Shown: positions 57,766 to 64,000 of the stretch, piece by piece | How the letters are laid out: every line of letters begins with the position of its first letter | Position numbering within the stretch: the stretch's first letter is position 1 | Origin: Chloroflexota bacterium | GTDB taxonomy: Bacteria; Chloroflexota; UBA11872; VXOZ01 | Length of the DNA: 64,000 nt | Direction of reading: 5' to 3' | Assembly (NCBI GenBank): GCA_965221905.1 | Contig: OZ244922.1 | Location: 224,001-288,000, forward strand | Program-made: the position numbers and the translations under genes | Notes under the pieces: generated by a model | What the model was told of the DNA's origin: nothing | The model's input: only the letters and a program-made list of their open reading frames with translations | Databases searched by the model: none

Positions 57766-57873
57766 TCAGGGATATTGGACTTCCATGCGCCTCGTGTTAG
57801 GTGTGCTGCCCATGCAAGTGACTAATACTGTAAACATGGTAATTGCATCGAAAAGCAAGAATAGTCTGCGCAT
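57766..57873 (-). CDS. Candidate 35-aa hydrophobic small protein or lipoprotein gene remnant
   Basis: GGGAGGTG RBS; MRRLFLLFDAITMFTVLVTCMGSTPNTRRMEVQYP*. Confidence 0.4.
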   Translation of the reverse strand: MRRLFLLFDAITMFTVLVTCMGSTPNTRRMEVQYP

Positions 57874-57980
57874 GGCGCACCTCCCTTTCCTGAAAAGGTG
57901 CCCGCCCACAAGAGCTAAAACCTCTACGAAACAAATCGCCAGGGTAGCACCGGAACACCCGTATTGGCAAATTTGGTCCG

Positions 57981-58009
57981 ATTATACCATTACATCGCTA
58001 ATTTGTCAA
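57981..58009 (-). promoter_or_regulatory. Perfect-consensus sigma70 promoter
   Basis: TTGACA-17 nt-TATAAT with extended -10 TG. Confidence 0.8.
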
Positions 58010-58057
58010 GCCCCTGACTGTGGCTAGCGAAGGTTATTGCTCCCTTTCAGGAGGGCG

Positions 58058-58972
58058 CTACCTCGATGGGGGCGGATAGGTCGGTTTGCTTTCGTAGGGT
58101 TCGCCGCCGGTGCGGGTGAAGAAGCCGGTGGTTTGGGCGAAGCCGGAGTCTTTGGCGTAGATTTCCATCTCCGGCGCGCGCAGGTTGCCCAGGTTATCGC
58201 GGACTGCCGCGATGCTCGGATACGTGGCGGCGACGGTCTGTTCGTCGATGCGAAAAGCGTTTGCCACCGCGCTCATGGCGTCGGTCGCGCGCTCGGCGAA
58301 GGTGTACTTGACCTTGAGCGTCACCGGGCCTTCCATCTTTAGGGGTTCAACCACGCCGATCTTGCCCAGCGCCCGCACCGCGCCCTCTGCCGCCGCCTCA
58401 GCCGCGGCTTGGGGCGTCATTGAGATGGCGCTGAAGTGGCTGGTGCCCTTCTTCACCGCCACCGTCTCAATGCCAGGCACCAGGTCTTCCGCCTCAAGGC
58501 AGGCCCAGTAGTCGCCGGTGTTGAGCACCGCGGGCACGTTGTGGATGCCCGCAAACGCCACGAAGATGCCGATTTCGCCAACCAGCAGATCGTTAAGCCA
58601 GATGCCTTCCACCGCGCTATAGGCGCGCGTAATGGGGTGGGGAAGAATAGAGTGCCGCCAGCAGCCCTTCTCGCGGTTGCCGGCCATCTCATGGAAGCCG
58701 ACAAGCATGCCGGCGTCGAAGCTCTCATCGAGGAGTTCCGTGAATATGTCGTGCCGGGGCAGGCCGTGAATGATCTGCACCGGTTTCGGCAGCTTGTGGT
58801 ACTCCATGATATGGATGGTATTCAGCACGATCTCGGTGACGTCGTTATCCAAGAGCGCTTCGCAGATCGCCGCGAGCTCCATAGTGGCGTACTCGCTGGC
58901 GTTCAGGTAGCTTTCGCGGCGATTGAAGACCCCCGCCACGCCCTCTTGGTCGGCAAAGATGTAGATTTTCAC
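58058..58972 (-). CDS. M55 family metallopeptidase (DppA-like D-aminopeptidase)
   Basis: KIYI.ADQEG, VGFH, VGE.G, TGD...C.EA, TVAVKKG. Confidence 0.8.
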   Translation of the reverse strand: MKIYIFADQEGVAGVFNRRESYLNASEYATMELAAICEALLDNDVTEIVLNTIHIMEYHKLPKPVQIIHGLPRHDIFTELLDESFDAGMLVGFHEMAGNREKGCWRHSILPHPITRAYSAVEGIWLNDLLVGEIGIFVAFAGIHNVPAVLNTGDYWACLEAEDLVPGIETVAVKKGTSHFSAISMTPQAAAEAAAEGAVRALGKIGVVEPLKMEGPVTLKVKYTFAERATDAMSAVANAFRIDEQTVAATYPSIAAVRDNLGNLRAPEMEIYAKDSGFAQTTGFFTRTGGEPYESKPTYPPPSR

Positions 58973-59229
58973 GTTGTTTTACTCTTCCCAGTCAAGCTGA
59001 GCCCTTCCGCATGGTAGGACATGTTGATGTCGTACATTGTCGAGGGGGTTAAGTTATTTGCCATGCTCCCTATGTATCCGGTGGCCGCAGGTTTCAAACC
59101 TGCGCTACCGGTCGGGGGACAAGCCTCCGCGCTGTTCGGCGGGAAAGATTCCCCCTGCCACCGGGCGGGGACGAGCCCCCGATTTGTGTTTCGACATAAC
59201 CGACGTGTTACGACGCCTGCCGACCTAGG

Positions 59230-60492
59230 CTACTTTGCGTAGTGGGTAAACACCTTGCGGATGGCTTTCGCCATGTCGTGGACCATTTCCTCGGTGCACT
59301 TCTCATTGATGTGCCGCACGAGCATGCGTTTCAGGATGCCCTCCGCGTTCGGGCACATGCCGGTGTAGTAGCGCACGTCGCGGCCGCTCGCGGGGTCAAG
59401 CAGCGGGAAGGCCGACTCGCCAAAGAAACGGCGGTTCTTCAGCACGTCGTACTCGTAGATCGGCGTGCGGGTATAGCCTGCCCCGAAGCCGACGCCCTCA
59501 TGCGCGAAAGCCTTTGATAGGTCATCCAAACCGACAGTCAGTTCTTCCAGCTTGGCCAGCGGGCACCAATTCCAAAAGACGTGAGTGCTCTCGGGCGTGG
59601 GCGGACGGGGTGGGATGATGCCGGGCACGTCTTCCACTAGATCGCTCAGCAGCATGCCCCACTTGGTGCGGAGGCCCGTAATGGTCGGCAGCTTGCGCAA
59701 CTGGGCAAGCCCGACGGCGCCTTGCAGTTCCGTCATGCGGTAGTTGGGCGCCAGGAAGGGCGGTTGTTGCTCGCGGCCGCCGCGCCCGCGGCCTTTGTTG
59801 TGCGCCAGCATGATGCGCTCGCCCAGGTAGTCGTTGTTCGTTACGGTCATGCCGCCGTCGCCGGTAGTCATGTGCTTGCTCTGCTGGAAGGAGTAGCAAC
59901 CAATGTCGCCGATGGTGCCGGCGTAGCGGCCGTTGTACGCCGCCATATGCGCCTGGGAGCAGTCCTCGATCACGAGCAGGTTGTGCTTGCGGGCCAGCTC
60001 CACGATCGGGTCCATGACCGCCGCGTTGCCCTGGAGGTGCACCACCATGATGGCGACAGTGCGCTCGGTGATGCACGCCTCAATGGTCTCGGCAGTGATG
60101 ATGCCCGTGAGCGGGTCCACGTCGGCGAAAATCGGCACGGCAAGCTGGTAGAGAATGGCGATAATGCTGCCGATGTCCGTGATCGGCGCGACGATGATTT
60201 CGTCCCCCGGGTTGGGACCCACCGCCAACACGCCCACGTGCAGCGCGGCGGTGCCGGAGGTGCTGGTGACCGCATGCTTGACACCGAAGGTCTTCTTCCA
60301 CTCTTCTTCGAATTGCTGTACCTTGGGGCCGCCGAGCACGTTCAGATTACCCGATCGGATCACGTCGGTCAGTTCGGCAATCTCTTCATCGCCGAACATG
60401 CGTCCGCTGATGTCGCTGTTGGTCGGAAATTTGTAGTCTACAGTCCTAGGGCCGCCCTCAATGGCAAGTTGCTCTTGCTCTACGGTCTGCAT
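59230..60492 (-). CDS. DegT/DnrJ/EryC1/StrS PLP aminotransferase
   Basis: TSGTAALH, IEDCSQAH, SFQQSKHMTTGDGG, NYRMTELQGA. Confidence 0.92.
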   Translation of the reverse strand: MQTVEQEQLAIEGGPRTVDYKFPTNSDISGRMFGDEEIAELTDVIRSGNLNVLGGPKVQQFEEEWKKTFGVKHAVTSTSGTAALHVGVLAVGPNPGDEIIVAPITDIGSIIAILYQLAVPIFADVDPLTGIITAETIEACITERTVAIMVVHLQGNAAVMDPIVELARKHNLLVIEDCSQAHMAAYNGRYAGTIGDIGCYSFQQSKHMTTGDGGMTVTNNDYLGERIMLAHNKGRGRGGREQQPPFLAPNYRMTELQGAVGLAQLRKLPTITGLRTKWGMLLSDLVEDVPGIIPPRPPTPESTHVFWNWCPLAKLEELTVGLDDLSKAFAHEGVGFGAGYTRTPIYEYDVLKNRRFFGESAFPLLDPASGRDVRYYTGMCPNAEGILKRMLVRHINEKCTEEMVHDMAKAIRKVFTHYAK

Positions 60493-60702
60493 GGGGTGTT
60501 TCTCCTCCGGTGGCTGCGTAGGCTTTACTGAAAAGAATCCGTGCGGTTCGTACGATCCCTATGTCGCTTTCATTGTGGACAAACACTAGAGGGAGCGCAA
60601 GTAGTGCTATAAACGCGCTGTCTGACGGGATTTTCAGCGGAATGAATGGCGAGATCCCACGCGATGATCTGCGGGCTAGCGGGTCGTTTCCAATCCAGAA
60701 CG

Positions 60703-60738
60703 TAGGAGGGACGCACAATACAAGTGCGTCCCTCCTGA
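60703..60738 (-). terminator. Hairpin after sulfurtransferase gene
   Basis: aggagggacgcac-aatacaa-gtgcgtccctcct. Confidence 0.6.
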
Positions 60739-60767
60739 ATTGACCGGTCTTGCTGGTGTCGTAGCGC

Positions 60768-61727
60768 CTACGGGTTTGAACCGGTATTTATCTCTGTGTC
60801 CTCGCGGTTGCCCCACTCCGCCCACGCGCCGTCGTAATTTTGGACGTTGTTGTAGCCCAGGAGCCGCGCCACGAAGTAAGCCACCGCTGAACGAACCGCG
60901 GTCTGGCAGTGGGCATAAACCACAGAGTCCTCTGTAATCCCGGCAGAATTGAAGAGCTCCGTGAGCTCCGCAGCGGACTTTAGGGTGCGCGCGTCTGTGC
61001 CGTTGAGGTAGATGACCCAATCCTGGTTGATGGCACCCGGAATGTGACCGCCGCGGTCGGCGCGCACGTCGCGCCCAGAATACTCGCCAGCAGAGCGGTT
61101 GTCCAAGATTACGGCATTGCTGTCTCCACTCTCGATTGCCGCGCGCACTTCTTCGATTGTGCCCACCAGGAACGGATCGAAGTCAGGCGTAAACGTGACG
61201 CTCGGGAACGAGGTCACGTCCGTCGTCAGCTCTCGTTCTTCCTGATTCCACTTGGCAAAGCCGCCGTTGAGCACCTTGGCATTCTTATTGCCGTAGAGCT
61301 CCAGCGCCCAGAAGATGCGGGTAGCCCCAAGGATATTGCCCCTGCCGTAGACCACAACTTCGGTATCATTGCCGATGCCAAAGCCGCCTACCAATTCCGC
61401 AAATTTGTCTGCCGGCAGGACCATGCCGCTTACTTCATGTTCGGCATCTCGGAAGCTGGAGGACGGAATGTTGATGGCATTGGGAACGTGACCTGCGGCG
61501 TAGTCGTCGGCAGAACGAATGTCAATGATGCGCAAGCCCTCTTTGCCCAGGTTGGCTTCCAACCAGTCGGACTCAACTAAGAGTTGTGGGTTGGCGTAGG
61601 CCAACGGCCCTTCTTGCGAGTCTTCCTGCTGTACCGTAACTTGACTGCAGGCGCTTGCCAGCAGCGCGCCCCCGGCAGTGAGGCCGGTAAGTTGTAGGAA
61701 CGTCCGGCGTGATAGTCCTTTTCGCAT
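60768..61727 (-). CDS. Tandem-domain rhodanese/sulfurtransferase, Tat lipoprotein
   Basis: SRRTFL and LASAC; GHVPNA, LNGG..KW, GGHIPGA, CQTAVR active loop, YDGAWAEW. Confidence 0.92.
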   Translation of the reverse strand: MRKGLSRRTFLQLTGLTAGGALLASACSQVTVQQEDSQEGPLAYANPQLLVESDWLEANLGKEGLRIIDIRSADDYAAGHVPNAINIPSSSFRDAEHEVSGMVLPADKFAELVGGFGIGNDTEVVVYGRGNILGATRIFWALELYGNKNAKVLNGGFAKWNQEERELTTDVTSFPSVTFTPDFDPFLVGTIEEVRAAIESGDSNAVILDNRSAGEYSGRDVRADRGGHIPGAINQDWVIYLNGTDARTLKSAAELTELFNSAGITEDSVVYAHCQTAVRSAVAYFVARLLGYNNVQNYDGAWAEWGNREDTEINTGSNP

Positions 61728-61983
61728 TGGTGCATACCTCCTATGATGGCTTTGTCCATGGATAATAGCATAGACGATGTACAATAATGGCAATAGTAAC
61801 GTCACTCGTCGATTAAGTCAACTAAATTGATAGAGTTTAATGACTAAAATCACTCTAACACGGAAACTATAAGCCTGATTGCTTGGTAAAGACCGGACTC
61901 TGCGACTATGACGATTGCCAAGGCGACTCTCAGGTGGATAGGCGGCGAACCGATTATCCACCTGACCAGTGAAAGGAAGCACG

Positions 61984-62694
61984 TCAGCGCGGTTTGTCGG
62001 CGCGGATGGTGCCGGCGTTCTTGAGAGCTTCGCGCTTGGAGAGGGCGCTAAGGCGGTCGGCGTTGCGGGCCACGTAGTCTTCAACGGTTTGCAGATCGGT
62101 CCAGGCTAGGTCGCGCAGGGCCCAGCCGATGGCTTTGCGGATGAAGAAGTCGGGATCGGCCAGGTTGGGTTCGATGCAGTCGCAGAGCAGCGCCAGGTCG
62201 GTCGCCTCCTTGCGCTTCACCTGGCAGATGATGGACGAGCGGCGCTTCCACAGAACGGCGTCGCGGCTCCATGCCCGCATGTGGGCGGCCATCTCCTCCG
62301 GATAGCGGTCCACGAGCTCGCGGAGTTTGCGCGTGGCGACGTCGTCAACAAAGTCCCACCACGCGCCGCTGACGACCATCTCTTCATAGAGCGGCAGGGT
62401 GTCTAGTGTGCGAAAGGCGTGGAACTGCGTCTCTCCGGTAATATCCTGGGCGGCGTAACGTTCCTCGCGATAGGCGGCGTTACGCCAGAGCTCCAGGATG
62501 GCGGCGAGCCAATCGTCCCTGGAGGCAAGGGGGCGCGCACGCAGAGCGGCGCGGACGAGCTTGCGGCGGATAGGAGTCTGCACGCCGCGATAGGGCATCG
62601 CCGACTTCATGTACGCCCGCATGCCCGCGGCCTTTTCGGGGTTGGCATTGTCAGCCAGTGCTTGACGGATTGCAGTTATGAGTTCAATGCTCAT
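61984..62694 (-). CDS. DNA alkylation repair glycosylase (AlkD-like)
   Basis: M.AYMK, REERY.A, WWDFVD, FFIRKAIGWALR. Confidence 0.9.
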   Translation of the reverse strand: MSIELITAIRQALADNANPEKAAGMRAYMKSAMPYRGVQTPIRRKLVRAALRARPLASRDDWLAAILELWRNAAYREERYAAQDITGETQFHAFRTLDTLPLYEEMVVSGAWWDFVDDVATRKLRELVDRYPEEMAAHMRAWSRDAVLWKRRSSIICQVKRKEATDLALLCDCIEPNLADPDFFIRKAIGWALRDLAWTDLQTVEDYVARNADRLSALSKREALKNAGTIRADKPR

Positions 62695-63284
62695 GGCAAA
62701 GTTTTGGTTCGGTAAACGGCAGATTCGGACCCGAATTGGCGGCCGTCCGGCTTGAAGGAAATCTATCCAGGTTCCTTCAGCCTGCGAAAAAACTATACCA
62801 GACTAGGTCGCGAATAGGTGACTTCGATGGTCAATTTGCGCCTCAGCTTGATCCTCTGGCAGAGACCTTAGCTAAAGCACACGTTTTACGCGAGCTGCTC
62901 ATGTGACCCCGCCGGGCGGAGTATGCAGAATGCTGTCCCGCAAACCCAATGGCAGTGCGAATTCAAGCGGTGCTTCAATTAGATGGTAACCCTGCAATCG
63001 CTGCCGCCCCATGGTGAGGGGATGCATTTCAAGACTGTCGGTCGGCTTTGCTACGGAAAACCGAATGCATGCTAGAGTCGGCCATGCCGCAGGGCACGGG
63101 CGTATGGTTGAAACAGCAGAGTCTCTGGTACGTGTCTCATGATCCCGGGTTGCATCTGCAAAACCAAAATGTGGTGAGGTCCGGCAATACTTGGCTACTT
63201 GTCTATTTCTCTACATGAATACATTTTCTGGTATTATGCAATCGTAATGGAACAATGATGTTCAAAGAATAGGGTGGTGAATCC

Positions 63285-63761
63285 GTGCAATACGATTGCA
63301 AGGAGCAACTGACTGGTAGATTTATTGCGGCAGTTGACTACCTAAACCGTCAGATGCACACGTGCGGCCTTGACGACTGGGAAGGTCTGGACATGACCAT
63401 TCCCCAGATCAAGACGTTAGTCTTACTGGAGCGATCGGGTCCCTTGCGCATGGGCAACATCGCTGCTTTTCTGGACCGGGCGCTCTCCGCCACGACGACG
63501 GTCATAGACCGCTTGGTAGAAAAAGAGCTGGTTGATCGGGCCTGGGACCCAGGCGATCGAAGAGTCGTGATCTGCAGACTCACCGACAAAGGACAGCACG
63601 CGATGGAACGCTTCTGGAAGATTCGTCGGGAGCGACTGCAGTTGATGGCGGACATTTTGGAAGTGGAAGAGTTGGAAGTCGTGGTGCATGGCTTGGAAAT
63701 GATGCGCTCGGCGGATAAGAAGATTCAGAATTCATCCGCTTCAATTCAATCTGCAGGGTAA
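63285..63761 (+). CDS. MarR family transcriptional regulator
   Basis: T.PQ...L, T..IDRLVEKELV.R..D..DRR....LT.KG. Confidence 0.88.
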   Translation: MQYDCKEQLTGRFIAAVDYLNRQMHTCGLDDWEGLDMTIPQIKTLVLLERSGPLRMGNIAAFLDRALSATTTVIDRLVEKELVDRAWDPGDRRVVICRLTDKGQHAMERFWKIRRERLQLMADILEVEELEVVVHGLEMMRSADKKIQNSSASIQSAG

Positions 63762-64000
63762 GATTCACGTATCCGTCTCCTTCCGTCGTGCATAATAGGT
63801 GTCAACCCGTCTAATTGAGCCGCCAATGAAGCTTAGCCCTTAGCCACATGTGTCCGCGCGGAACGCGGGGCTTGACTACTGTGACGGACCTCTTGGCCGC
63901 AGCGCGCGTAGAGGTGGGCACACTTGAGCCCTGTCGCCGTTCTAAACGGGCAGACGAAGTGCCCCTGCCAGATCGCCGTGTCTCCTAAAGTGATCCACCT

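Noticed and set aside
62900-62960. ctgtcccgcaa resembling a cobalamin riboswitch core
   Set aside because: It lacks the following ACTGT, the upstream GGGAA and a B12 box, and no B12-related gene lies downstream.

Overview
A GC-rich bacterial chromosomal window, most consistent with a Chloroflexota genome (inference from gene content and style, not a database result). It holds mostly housekeeping and catabolic genes: cbiMNQO, guaA, tmk, a phosphohexomutase, mfd-pth-rsmA, short purH, a PBP1A/M23/ftsE-ftsX-ftsE cell-wall cluster, tRNA-Thr-tuf-rpmG-secE-nusG-rplK-rplA, murE and tRNA-Gln. It also has orphan solute-binding proteins, tandem PhyH dioxygenases and four toxin-antitoxin loci, two intact (higBA, hicAB) and two with no intact toxin. 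No integrase, transposase, CRISPR array or rRNA was found. The intergenic DNA is dense with about seven families of short palindromic REP-like elements. Most notable observations: (1) a ~24-nt GCCTG-tagged hairpin nested inside three different REP families at six sites; (2) REPs translated in frame within guaA and an ABC exporter; (3) tandem arrays seeded from REP arms; (4) a ~145-nt transcription unit with a 14-nt anti-SD match and a 15-codon ORF; (5) two ftsE paralogs flanking one ftsX; (6) a long structured leader ahead of tRNA-Thr/tuf. All calls were made by eye without database searches.
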